Origin: Ginkgo biloba
Taxonomy: Eukaryota; Plantae; Ginkgophyta
NCBI GenBank assembly: GCA_024626585.2
Contig: JANKJI020000004.1
Coordinates: 74,781,932 to 74,805,975, forward strand
Direction of reading: 5' to 3'
DNA: 24,044 nucleotides
Part shown: positions 1-12,600 of the stretch, one piece after another
Layout of the letters: every line of letters starts with the position of its first letter
Numbering within the stretch: position 1 is the stretch's first letter
Translations under genes and position numbers: made by a program
Notes under the pieces: generated by a model
Database searches by the model: none
What the model was told of the DNA's origin: nothing
What the model saw: the letters and a program-made list of their open reading frames with translations, nothing else

Positions 1-169
1 CTGGCCTTTATTGGGAGAAGGCATGTGATGTAATTTTTTTAGTATTCTTTAAGTAATATAAGCAGCAATTTTTCAAAAAAAAAAAGGTCCTCATTCATCA
101 GGGGTCATTAACTAATGTATAGGTATAGGACATTTAATCTTCAAACAAGGGTTTCTTTAATATTTTTAC

Positions 170-1150
170 AACCTTTTGAATGAACAATTGTATAAGGCAT
201 TGCATGATATCCTCTACTTTTGTTTCTTGCCTATGGTGTAAGGATCATCATACCCTTTGAAAAGAGTGGTGGTGGGCCCTAAGGTCATATGAGGAAGTTA
301 TGTTTGTTTGGATTTTGGCAAATCTATAAAGCAAACTATGGTTGGACAATGTTGCGGAGCTCCAGAAATGTGATGTCCAACCAACTAGTGAATGTATCCT
401 CTATACTAGGGCAGCAATTAGGGAATCAATATGTATATAAAGGGACTATGCAGGTCATTATAATGTACAGATGATCCTTACCATATCATTATCACTAGAA
501 AGAAATTATAAAGAATTATATTAATGTCCATGAATGACCAATTATCACTCAAGAGGAAAGTTGCCCTTTTTTCTTCAGTGTTTAGTTCCCACCTTCAACA
601 TGAACCTAGCTACTCAATTTTGAATTTGGAAGGAATATGCCTCCCTTTCACTCCTCGAGAGACAATGTTTCTAGCTTCAGTTCCAAGACATTCCCACAAA
701 ATAAATGTTATTTAACATACTTTTGAAGCTAACATCTCTTTATGGATCAAAGGCGTGGGGACCCAATTTTTCTATAGGTCATTGGTCACAATTGGAGAGA
801 GTCTAAACATTATATTATCCAAGATTATATGATGTAAGAGGATAATACCATAGAGTGTAATATAAGCAGAGTTTGATGGTCATCCACTTCACATAGACAT
901 TATAGACCATATCTAAATGTACCTAGATAGGATTTTCACTATGGAAGACACCCACATAAGGAGATGAAGGCATTTGTATCTTTAATTATGTTCATTATAG
1001 GTATTAACAAAGCTGGAGACTAATGAACATAAATATGGTTGGTGTCATGAGGTATTTGAACTACTTCAAATGATTGGTATTTCGATTGATAAGCTATCTT
1101 GCTTTAGATTATCTTTGGATGCACTAAATATTTACCTTATTAGGAAGGAG
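170..1150 (+). mobile_element. Highly decayed non-LTR (LINE, RTE-like) reverse transcriptase relic
   Basis: RIIIPFEKSG at about 240-270 resembles the RT motif IIPIFKSG. A decayed G...G..LS..F...I.K segment at about 950-1020 is in plausible order. Many stops and frameshifts. Confidence 0.4.
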
Positions 1151-3639
1151 AACAATGAGAATATTCAAGAGAATATTTATAGGTCCTACCTTCAATCTAC
1201 ATGGATCTCTCTAATTAGGCCCTTAACCTTAAGTTGACCTTTTATTAGAAACGCTTTCTCTCCATCTTTTATGGCATCATAGATCTTTTAGTCTACTTAC
1301 ACCTATATATGTCACATGGTATATATATACCCATTGGTTATTTTATAGTATTCTCTCATTAGTTCAAGGTGGAGGCAAAACATGATGTACCTAAAGACCA
1401 ATGCACTTGCGAACTTTATTCACTTGAGGTAAAGATGAAGGGACACTTCATCTTTTGATGTCTATTATTTTATGAGATTAGAGGGAGATATTATTTCCTT
1501 TTCAGAGATACGATAGGGCCCATCAAAATATTCATCTCATACATAGACCAATAATATATCATANNNNNNNNNNNNNNNNNNNNNNNNNNNNNNNNNNNNN
1601 NNNNNNNNNNNNNNNNNNNNNNNNNNNNNNNNNNNNNNNNNNNNNNNNNNNNNNNNNNNNNNNNNNNNNNNNNNNNNNNNNNNNNNNNNNNNNNNNNNNN
1701 NNNNNNNNNNNNNNNNNNNNNNNNNNNNNNNNNNNNNNNNNNNNNNNNNNNNNNNNNNNNNNNNNNNNNNNNNNNNNNNNNNNNNNNNNNNNNNNNNNNN
1801 NNNNNNNNNNNNNNNNNNNNNNNNNNNNNNNNNNNNNNNNNNNNNNNNNNNNNNNNNNNNNNNNNNNNNNNNNNNNNNNNNNNNNNNNNNNNNNNNNNNN
1901 NNNNNNNNNNNNNNNNNNNNNNNNNNNNNNNNNNNNNNNNNNNNNNNNNNNNNNNNNNNNNNNNNNNNNNNNNNNNNNNNNNNNNNNNNNNNNNNNNNNN
2001 NNNNNNNNNNNNNNNNNNNNNNNNNNNNNNNNNNNNCATAGGAATGTTGGGTTTTTAGTGCTATACGTGGATACCCTAAAGGGGCCTTTTATACCCACGC
2101 AAGAGCTTAGAAGGGCCTTCCTTCTAGAAGCGCCTACGAAATTCTTACTAGGCGTATACTTTACATTTTATTGTGGCTTGCTTATGTAAAATTTTTCTAG
2201 TAGAGCTTTTATTTCCCTCTTTCCTTTTTTTTCCCTTCCCCTCTTTCTTTGTTAGATCTTAGATTTAGCTTTGGTGAGGCCAGAGATCCTCCCTTGATTT
2301 GTAACTAGGATGCACATTTTGGTAGTCCCATTGACCACTTCTTGGTCACTAGCCGACATTAATGCATTTTCATTTCCTCCTCTTCACTATCTATAGAGAA
2401 ATCATTGTACTTGGAAGAAAGCTCTTGAGATGATACCATCCAAGGAGGTGCATTGTGTTTCGTAAGTTTCNNNNNNNNNNNNNNATCCAACAAGTTAGTT
2501 CTAAGCTTCCTTAACCCTGAACCTAATTATTAATTTATGATCATTTGTGCTTCTCTTCAGGTTTCTATGTGGTCTGATTTTACAGGATAGAAGAGTTATA
2601 GCAACTTAGTTTTATGGATGAGGTAGTCTAACATTCGTGCATTCTACTAGGACACATTTATGAAAAGCATGTTTTTTCTGTTATAGGCTTCTTGTTATNN
2701 NNNNNNNNNNNNNNNNNNNNNNNNNNNNNNNNNNNNNNNNNNNAGACCCTAGGTGATGGAAGTGTTTGGCGCAACCTATGATGATCCTGTTGTTTTGATT
2801 CTAGAGGTGGTTACAACCATCAACTAAGTGTTTATATGGTTAGGGTTGATTCCAAGTATAGTACAAATGTCTAGAACTGTGGAGATGGCCTTATATGCAA
2901 GTCATTTTATCAATAGAGTTGTTGTCATTATTATGACAATTCGTTGCCATGAATAATGAATTTGTTGCATGCACTTTTGTGGTGTCCATTGGGTTGCATG
3001 TGCTTATTAGGGTTTGTGGTGAAAGCATTGTGCAGTCCTTGTATGTGTTTGTGTTAGGGTTTGACCCATTGATATGGCAAAGTTTATTGCGTATTGTTGG
3101 GGACTGACACGAAGTGTTTTCAGTCGGTAATTAGGGATAATTTTTCATTTAAAGTGCCATTTTATCCTACAAGCTAGAAGTTAATGCTAGGGTTTGTTCT
3201 AGGTATTTTTTTATGATGTTGTTTTTACCTGGAAATTGTTTACAACATGTCAACTTCTTATGAATGTTTNNNNNNNNNNNNNNNNNNNNNNNNNNNNNNN
3301 NNNNNNNNNNNNNNNNNNNNNNNNNNNNNNNNNNNNNNNNNNNNNNNNNNNNNNNNNNNNNNNNNNNNNNNNNNNNNNNNNNNNNNNNNNNNNNNNNNNN
3401 NNNNNNNNNNNNNNNNNNNNNNNNNNNNNNNNNNNNNNNNNNNNNNNNNNNNNNNNNNNNNNNNNAGATGACCCACCTGTTAATACATACCAAAGTCTAT
3501 CAACTAAAGGTTTTCATCTATTCTACTTCTGCTAGAAATGTTACTAATGACTACAGTCCATTACGTTCCAATTACAATGTCAAATGTAGCATATAATATA
3601 AAGAAAAGACTTTATGCTAAGTCAAGTTGAAATATGTAG

Positions 3640-4200
3640 TCATCACCCTGTAGTTCAAACTGAACCATCTGTGATTCTTTTGAGGTTCCTTCATCAACAT
3701 TCCCATGGGAAGATACTTCACTTCTGTTATTATCTTCGTACAGGATGGCTTGTGTCATTATGCATTGGGTAATTTGAGGCTCCTCCATCTCTAATCTTCC
3801 ACTATTCCAAAGGCCCCCTTTAATTCAACCTGCTCCCCCATACAATAATAATAACAAACCATATTCGTGATTTTTCCCCAGTTCTTCTTAGTATTTTCAG
3901 TGGGGTCCATATAAGCCAATTGATCTTTGATGTTGACCAAAATTTCATATCCAAGCTGCTGCACTGTGAATGGCAATACTACAAATATCAAACATTTTCA
4001 ATATTTGAGTTGTAAGGGAATGGAGGCAATCCATCATGTCTATCTTGAATTTGAAGGCATTCATGCAACTCTAGTTTTCCACTTCTTGTTCTGTCATGTT
4101 AATTGAGATGACCGACATGGAGTCGTGGGCCCAAGGTTTTGGCTTGACAACCTCATTGGAATTTTTTTTGTTCATTAGGTTTCTACTAGAATCCTATTTT
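3640..4200 (-). mobile_element. Possible LINE ORF1-like relic
   Basis: IFVVLPFTVQQLGYEILVNIKDQLAYMD...NMVC...VEL loosely follows the plant L1 ORF1 pattern WV.LP.....E.L..IG..LG..D...RIC. Weak. Confidence 0.25.
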
Positions 4201-4616
4201 AGTGTGTGAGCTCTTGATTTCCTTCTATAATCTCATTATCCTACTTTCCAACTTCTCTAAGTGCCTACTAGGTTGACAATTTTCTCTTGCATTCCTCCAT
4301 TCATATTTTCCCTTGATGACATAAAGTGGGATGTATTTATCTCAATATCATACTCTATTTATGTGAGGGTTATTGGATTCTTTTCACATAGTTTACAAAT
4401 TGTCAGACATCAAGCCATAATCCATCGATCAAATGTTGCTCTATCATTCTTCCTTTGTGAGCCATGTTTGATCCATTACAGTAGTCTATAGGACCAAAGT
4501 TTATACGAGAAAAATAAGGGTTAAGAGATGTGAGAACTTGCTTGAGAATGAATCAAATTAATATAATTCTTGATTGGATCCCATGTAACCAATCAATTCC
4601 CTAAATTGTATGAATT

Positions 4617-4676
4617 TTGATAAATTGGTAAGTTGCATGTATGAATTTTGATACATGAAACTTACCAATTTATCAA
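4617..4676. repeat. Inverted repeat / hairpin, 26-bp stem with 1 mismatch, 8-nt loop
   Basis: ttgataaattggtaagttgcatgtat (4617-4642) pairs with atacatgaaacttaccaatttatcaa (4651-4676). Confidence 0.9.
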
Positions 4677-6539
4677 TAAGAACCCACTATGATTTGGAGG
4701 TGTTCATATATATTCTTCATTAAAATTAGAATCAAATATAGCCAACCAATTCAAAGATTGGCTTATTACCTTCTGGCAAAGGACATCAGACACCTTTGAG
4801 ATTTATGCGTGTAAAGAAAGAGGAAATTAATTTTGTGGACTAGGAGAAGGCTCTAATTTTGTGGTTTGGAGGCAAGTTGAGCTTTTGGGATTGGAATGCT
4901 TCAACAATGTTTATCATGCAAAATGTTGAGGGTATGAAAAGAAAGGCAATGGCCATTGGCATATGTGGGTGCATTCGTCGGTGGCGAAAAACAAGTTTAT
5001 GTAAAATCAATCATGTCTAGAAATATTGCATTGTTAGTTAAAGTTAATTATGGTCTATGTGTTTTCCATCGATTTTGTTCTGTCTAAATTTTTGGATGAT
5101 GTCTTGCCGTTTATATAAATGTATGGCTTTGCTTGTGAAAGGAAGCAATCGGTGCAGAATATGCTTCCTACACTAATCAATGAGATAAGAATATGTAGTA
5201 AACTATACACAATTACAGAAAAATAAATAGCACAGAATAATATGCAACNNNNNNNNNNNNNNNNNNNNNNNNNNNNNNNNNNNNNNNNNNNNNNNNNNNN
5301 NNNNNNNNNNNNNNNNNNNNNNNNNNNNNNNNNNNNNNNNNNNNNNNNNNNNNNNNNNNNNNNNNNNNNNNNNNNNNNNNNNNNNNNNNNNNNNNNNNNN
5401 NNNNNNNNNNNNNNNNNNNNNNNNNNNNNNNNNNNNNNNNNNNNNNNNNNNNNNNNNNNNNNNNNNNNNNNNNNNNNNNNNNNNNNNNNNNNNNNNNNNN
5501 NNNNNNNNNNNNNNNNNNNNNNNNNNNNNNNNNNNNNNNNNNNNNNNNNNNNNNNNNNNNNNNNNNNNNNNNNNNNNNNNNNNNNNNNNNNNNNNNNNNN
5601 NNNNNNNNNNNNNNNNNNNNNNNNNNNNNNNNNNNNNNNNNNNNNNNNNNNNNNNNNNNNNNNNNNNNNNNNNNNNNNNNNNNNNNNNNNNNNNNNNNNN
5701 NNNNNNNNNNNNNNNNNNNNNNNNNNNNNNNNNNNNNNNNNNNNNNNNNNNNNNNNNNNNNNNNNNNNNNNNNNNNNNNNNNNNNNNNNNNNNNNNNNNN
5801 NNNNNNNNNNNNNNNNNNNNNNNNNNNNNNNNNNNNNNNNNNNNNNNNNNNNNNNNNNNNNNNNNNNNNNNNNNNNNNNNNNNNNNNNNNNNNNNNNNNN
5901 NNNNNNNNNNNNNNNNNNNNNNNNNNNNNNNNNNNNNNNNNNNNNNNNNNNNNNNNNNNNNNNNNNNNNNNNNNNNNNNNNNNNNNNNNNNNNNNNNNNN
6001 NNNNNNNNNNNNNNNNNNNNNNNNNNNNNNNNNNNNNNNNNNNNNNNNNNNNNNNNNNCTCCCACATGCATGGATGTACAGTCTGAAGTACTTGCATTAT
6101 TTGGAATAAAATGCTCCAAACAAGACACTTTCATACACAAGGCAAACTAGGGTTTATACTTAATGATTTACATGAGATGGGTCAACTTCTCCATGAATTA
6201 GTTTCTTCTTTACACATGTTTCTGCTACCAATTTGCTATAATGACTATATGATGATATGTGAGATCTCAGAGGGTCTTTACATAAGCAATAAATGCTCCT
6301 TTAGCACTGTCATCATACTTAGACTCCAACTGGCATCTAAGCTCGTCATTGCAGTCTAAGCCTTCTTGTGATATGTTCTGGTTACTCGTGGGACCCACCA
6401 GTCTTCTTAACTGCTTCCTATGTCACTCTAGGTCCACAATGTTAATCCCACTCCCATTACAGTTTACCCAATCTTAGTTAATTGGGTCTATAACATTGAT
6501 GCCAAAAGTCTTGTATGTGAGAATGATATTTTTTTCAAA

Positions 6540-7325
6540 TGGTATCATATGAGATGTGTACAAGGATACATTCTAGAGGACTATAATGAAGAGTATTAAG
6601 ATTTCATAATTCAGTTAGATATCAAGGAACTAATTGACAAGATGATACTAAAGTTTTTTTGAGGCTTGCATAATCATCTTAGGCATGAAGTGGAATTGTT
6701 TCCTCTCCATATAATATAGAAGGCATACAAAGTTTCTTATAATATTGAATCTAAGATAAAATATTCTCATGGAGATAAGGGAAATGCCAAGAAAATGATT
6801 CTCTCATTTTAGATACCTCATTCACATTGCCTACTTCATTGAGTTCTTCTATCACTTCTTCTATCCGTAGAGGCAAGAGGAAGAGAGGGTATAGTAAGAA
6901 GAAGAAAAGTTCCTTAGGGAAGAATAAGTATGATAGGTCAAAGACATATTCACATTATGGTAAGAAAGGACAGTTCGATTTCTATTTCTATAAGATTCAT
7001 CCATAAAAGGCACCAAAATAACTACACTAGTAGAATCATAGAGTGAAGAGGTGACCAATAGTTTTGGTTGTTAATTTGAATGATCCATACCCCTCAATTT
7101 ATCTTATCAATACTAAGGGTAATAGAATTTATAAGAAAGGCCTTTTTACATTGCATATGTAGGTGAAGGATAGAATAATTCCAATTATTCTTAATTGTAG
7201 CAACTAAAAGAACTTAGTTTTGGATAATATGGTCAAGGATTTGGCATTATACCTTAATGAGTATCCTAACACTTATGATATCAATAGTAGAAATAGGAAG
7301 GAGAGTGATCAATTTACATAGTAGT
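6540..7325 (+). mobile_element. Degenerate Ty3/Gypsy LTR-retrotransposon gag-protease remnant
   Basis: Broken frames read DKMILKFF*GLHNHLRHEVELFPLH...AYKVSYNIE (gag-like) and GLFTLHM*VKDRIIPIILNCSN*KNLV...V..L.L...YP..Y (decayed retropepsin, IIDSGSQKNL-like). Many stops. Boundaries approximate. Confidence 0.75.
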
Positions 7326-9200
7326 NNNNNNNNNNNNNNNNNNNNNNNNNNNNNNNNNNNNNNNNNNNNNNNNNNNNNNNNNNNNNNNNNNNNNNNNNNN
7401 NNNNNNNNNNNNNNNNNNNNNNNNNGTGCTTGTTAATCTTGGTCTTTCATGCAAGCGTCTACAAGTGAGAATAGGATTCTATAGCAACCCTTACCTGTTA
7501 AGATTTGATTGCTTTAGACCATCCTTTGTAAAACCTCCCTTAATTTTGATGGTACAGACTAAACATTTATTGTGAGTAATTTGGAACTTTGCACACATTT
7601 CAAAAATTGTGGGTGATGTTGATCATTGTGCACATTTAAATTCTTCAATCTTTNNNNNNNNNNNNNNNNNNNNTATGTTTGTTTAAGCTGGTTTCAGGGT
7701 TTTTTTTCCAGGCCTGCCAATGTTTATGGCTCAAACTACCTTGCATCTTCCTTCTGCAAAACATACTAACTATTTGGCTAAAGGCATGATAATCTCTTTT
7801 CTTTGTCCCCACAATTGACTGACAATCACTGTTTCAGTTTTTACCTGGGAAATGAAGTGAGAAAGGAGAACAAATGGCATACTTCCACATTCCTCTCCTT
7901 GAAAGCAGTTGAATTAAAGATTGAGTTGTTCTCTTCTTGCCCACAACATCTTACATGTATGAAATTCAATTAATGACTACCTTATTGTGGCTGGCCCTAT
8001 GAGTAGATACTGAAAATTCTTGAAACCAAGAGGAGTTTCTTCCTTTTCATAAATAACATATCGAAGAAGCCATTGTTGACAAGCAAAAGAAGCATCAAAG
8101 ATTTAAGTTGTTTTTTGGTTCCAACAAGACTTTGGATGGCTAAATGATGGATTTTCCTCTTCACATAGTTTATGCAATTGAATAAGCAAAACTGACTGGC
8201 CAAGGATTTTCCTTTACTTTTAGTTTCTTTAGTAAGAAATCAAGTGGTACGGAAACCTTCTTTCGACATATCATCAAAGGATAGTTGGGAAGCTGACAGT
8301 GTTGGAAGTCCCTAAATATTTTATATACCCATCAAAACCCCAGGCAGTTATTTCATTTTACAGAGAATTTGCCATCCTTTGTGCTTCCCTAATGCCAAGG
8401 AAGCTTATCAGGATCTACCAGCATCGCAAGAANNNNNNNNNNNNNNNTCGCAAGAAGCCTCTGAAGCAACTAATTTCTTTTCAATCTGAACAATGAGATA
8501 CACTACCAATGACAAATTGGTGTCTGTTGGCTATGTAACTACTACCTCTCTTCATTGTGCTTTGAAGCTCCTGAGTTCTTACAGGCTTTTCACAGAGTGT
8601 TGTTTTGGAAAATATCAGCCTCCGCAACACACCTAATTGATACATGGTATTTATCCTGGGGGACATTCGAGTACTAAGAGTGTTTTTTCGTAGTAGTNNN
8701 NNNNNNNNNNNNNNNNNNNNNNNNNNNNNNNNNNNNNNNNNNNNNNNNNNNNNNNNNNNNNNNNNNNNNNNNNNNNNNNNNNNNNNNNNNNNNNNNNNNN
8801 NNNNNNNNNNNNNNNNNNNNNNNNNNNNNNNNNNNNNNNNNNNNNNNNNNNNNNNNNNNNNNNNNNNNNNNNNNNNNNNNNNNNNNNNNNNNNNNNNNNN
8901 NNNNNNNNNNNNNNNNNNNNNNNNNGCAAACATGGTGATCAGCTTTTACCTTGACTTTACGCAGATGAAACACTATATGCTGATGCTTTATGGATTCTTC
9001 TGATCTCCCTTATGGGAGTTTTTTGAAATTAACCTTTTCCAACAATAAAATTGCAATGCTCTTTCAAGAAAAGCATAAATATGGAGAACTGCACTCGAAA
9101 TATGACATCAGATTATATGTTTCTCCAACACAAGGATAGAGCTACTCTTACTAATCACATCTCCCCATAGATAGAGTTTACAGTTATAAAGGATACATAC

Positions 9201-9623
9201 CTCCCAAGGGCTGCAATAACTTCAGGTGATGTTTCCATCTTTTCAACTGATGGAGCCAGTAAAAACAGGTCAACAAGAAGGGTGACTATTTTTTCAGCAA
9301 ACAGTGTACTCGAAACTTCAGTAGACATGTCCTTCGTATGAGCAGCGTTCAAATCAGACACTGGAAATTTTGCTTTGGTTAAAGAATCCTTATGTACAGA
9401 ATTAGAGAAGTCAGAATTTCCAGATGGCAGGGTTTCCTTGGTGCCCACTTTAATATCTGCAGATTTTTGCACTTGTGAAGTAAGCAAATTTTGTTCATTA
9501 CCATGAATAGACAATGTTTCTGCAGTCCCAGAGTTTGTAATAGAGCTTTCCTTTTGTTGCCGTTCCCTTGTAGTATTGAAGACATCAAGGGAAGCACAGC
9601 CATCAGTGAAATACGATTCATCT
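9201..9623 (-). CDS. MON2: MON2 long exon: Ser/Thr-rich linker followed by LFAEKIVTLLVDLFLLAPSVEKMETSPEVIAALGR
   Basis: Open frame from tatgtag|AGAT (the acceptor could alternatively be 2 nt downstream) to donor GGGAG|gtatgt. Conserved LFAEK...LVDLFL.AP...P..I..LGR. Confidence 0.88.
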
Positions 9624-12600
9624 CTACATAGTTATTAAAAATGATCCACCTCCAAAGAACACTAGTTAAACTAGTTCATATTTGGGCATAGAGAAAAAAC
9701 TAAAACCTAGATTTTAATATACTATTTCAAATGTTGTTGTATCTTATATGAATTACATGTTATATGGAGGGAAAATATGAAAATATTATAGTGGTTTTAG
9801 CCACCACTATATATGTTATATAGGTTTATGACTTGCTACCTTTTAATGTAAGGACTCTCAAATTCATTGAGATTATGAGAGACCATATTTTGAAGGATGG
9901 AGACATTTGAATATTTGATGATATTTAATTTTGGTTACCACTTAGATACAATATAGTACTATTACATGGCCTAAATAATCATCATGAATCTAGTAATAAA
10001 TTTAGAAGAGAATTGGGCATCTTACACAAGCACCTTAAATTATACGTTTATTTCAAAAGGTAGAAAATATAATAAGGATTATGGTAGGAGAAACAACCAT
10101 GTATTTAATGTCTAAAATTTTAGAAAACACTTTGAAACCTATAGATACATTGGGACTTGGGAGAACATTATTTCCTTTTCCTTATCATTTTTAACAATCT
10201 AGTTAAGTGCACTAGTAAGAATTATAATCAGTAATAACNNNNNNNNNNNNNNNNNNNNNNNNNNNNNNNNNNNNNNNNNNNNNNNNNNNNNNNNNNNNNN
10301 NNNNNNNNNNNNNNNNNNNNNNNNNNNNNNNNNNNNNNTGTCTAAGAAAACTTGGCCACATGCAAGAGTGCTGCTCGCCTTTTGGCTTAAGCAGAGAAAA
10401 TGCCTCCAAGACTGCACGGTGAACTGGTGGAATGCTTCCCTGAGAAGAACAAAGCATGAGGTTCAGAGCAGTAAGATCATATTTTCTCAACTGGTTATAA
10501 TACTTCAAGATTTTTATATGAAACTAACTTGTATAATACATAATACCAGATCAAGATGAAAATGATTTTCCACCAAAGTCAATATATCTTACATAGTCCA
10601 TTGCAGTGCCATCAACAATGTTTTTCGGATTTCTTGCCATCAAGTCCACAAGCGCTAATACTCGGAGATACAAGCTACTGTCAAACATGCTATTTGCTTG
10701 AACATATAATTCACCTGTCCATAGATTATATAGAATAAAGGCTGTAAATACCATTCTTTATATTAAAGCAATGGAAGCAAAACTATTCTTTAATTATCAT
10801 ATAATTGGAGCTTCTAAGCAAAGCACAACCTTAAAAAGAGGTAACTTTCTACAAATGACACAGACTGCCGGTTATGTTTACAACAAAACTTACCCAGACT
10901 GCGTAAAAGCTCCTGCTTGGCCTTACTTGTTACTCTACTATTATAGTCAGCAGCATTTTTCAACACAGTTTCATAAATGAGAAACCCTGATTTAAAGAAA
11001 TCTAGGGGCATATTTCCCTGCATGTTATTTGTGAATTTAGGTTTCCTTCGAAAGATGTCATAAATAAATGAAGAATTGCAAGCATTGGTAAGGAAATTGC
11101 AATTTGAAAGCACTCAGCCTTTTTCTTTGGAATATGAAGTCCAATTTGAAATATGACAATATTGCAGCAAAAGAAAACTTGAAAAAAGTGGATATTCCAG
11201 TTGGACCAAACAAAGAACCATTAAAAAGGGGTCAACTAAAAGCAGAGAAATTTATTTTCAGACTCTCACAAGAAAAAAGGATCAAAAGCAATATAGAAAC
11301 ATGAAAATATACACAAGGAAATATCGAGGGGCTATCATTAAAGGCTTAGACACCTGATGAACTATAAATTGCATGATATATCATCACCAACCATTTTAAA
11401 TATTACCATCTGATGTACTCTTATGCTGAAAAGTGTGTTAGAGTAGGTCCTATAAAATACCTTTGAACAATGAGCAAGCAACACTGTTTGCAAGCAGTTA
11501 ATAGCTGCAAGGGCAACCTCTTTGCTTCCATTTAAGATGCTTTCTTGAATAAAGAAGAGCAAGGAGTCCCAACCTGCAAAACTTTGGTTCTTAATACTAG
11601 AAATAACTCTCTAAATACACAACAGGCACAGGTTTGAAGATATTGCATACATTTAGGTCCAGGCAGATTCTAACCTTTCTGGAAATTGTTCAAGGTCTGA
11701 AGAAATAGGAAGAAAGGCCGCAAAAGACGACTCATTCCACCTAATACCAGTACCAAAGTCTCATCCCATTGTTTCTGGGCTGTATTGCGACTGTAAAACC
11801 ATTGCATTAATACAAGCAGCAAGACAGAATCCCAAATGTTACTATAATACAGTTGAATTCAAGGCAAGGTCATTGACACCAACAGCCTCAAAAATCCAAA
11901 GCACATCCATATGGAAGTGGTGATCTTTTTTAATTACCATACCTGTGATGTANNNNNNNNNNNNNNNNNNNNNNNNNNNNNNNNNNNNNNNNNNNNNNNN
12001 NNNNNNNNNNNNNNNNNNNNNNNNNNNNNNNNNNNNNNNNNNNNNNNNNNNNCCCCTTGGAGTCTAGGGTTGCTAGCCCCACTCCAGTTTGTCTAGCCCT
12101 AAATCACAAGTGCTCATGCACAAGAGCTTTGCTAGTACCAACCATAGTTGATTCTACACACATAACATCCTCATAGTGGTTACCATGGGGACCTGCAAGC
12201 CACCATAAACAGGGTTTAAAGGTGTTTACTCACAAGACAATACATTCTAATACCCTCACAAACCCCAATCACCATAATGATAGGAATCACATCTAAAATG
12301 AAAGAAAATACACTATGACATAGGGTGCAATGCTGTGAAAAGGTCTAAATCTGGCAATCTAGGGCACACATGCCCCCATAACATCATGCTAACTCATGAA
12401 AATAGATTTAAACCCTACATAAGTACAAACAACACTACAATCTCATAAATTAATATAAACAAATAAACAAGGGCATACCTTTCTAAGGTACTTGCCCTAG
12501 TGTTCTGACTTCTCCAAAGATTGTAGGACCCTTCCTAAAAATGTCACTTTGTGGAGTCCCAAAAGTACAACAACCTTATCCAACTGTAACACAATATAGA

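Noticed and set aside
2037-3269. Possible LTR/UTR of a retroelement
   Set aside because: The composition is suggestive, but no termini, PBS, PPT or TSD could be located.
1491-6150. Long ORFs of 100-360 aa in the ORF track
   Set aside because: They consist almost entirely of X from N gaps and are not evidence of coding sequence. The same applies to those at 8481-9003 and 19471-20729, apart from the real MON2 exon and the Gypsy remnant.
6267-6417. Minus-strand stop-free stretch KQLRRLVGPTSNQNISQEGLDCNDELRCQLESKYDDSAKGAFIAYVKTL* as the MON2 last exon
   Set aside because: It has no polypyrimidine acceptor and no resemblance to the MON2 sequence expected after ..LGR, and it is short enough to be chance.
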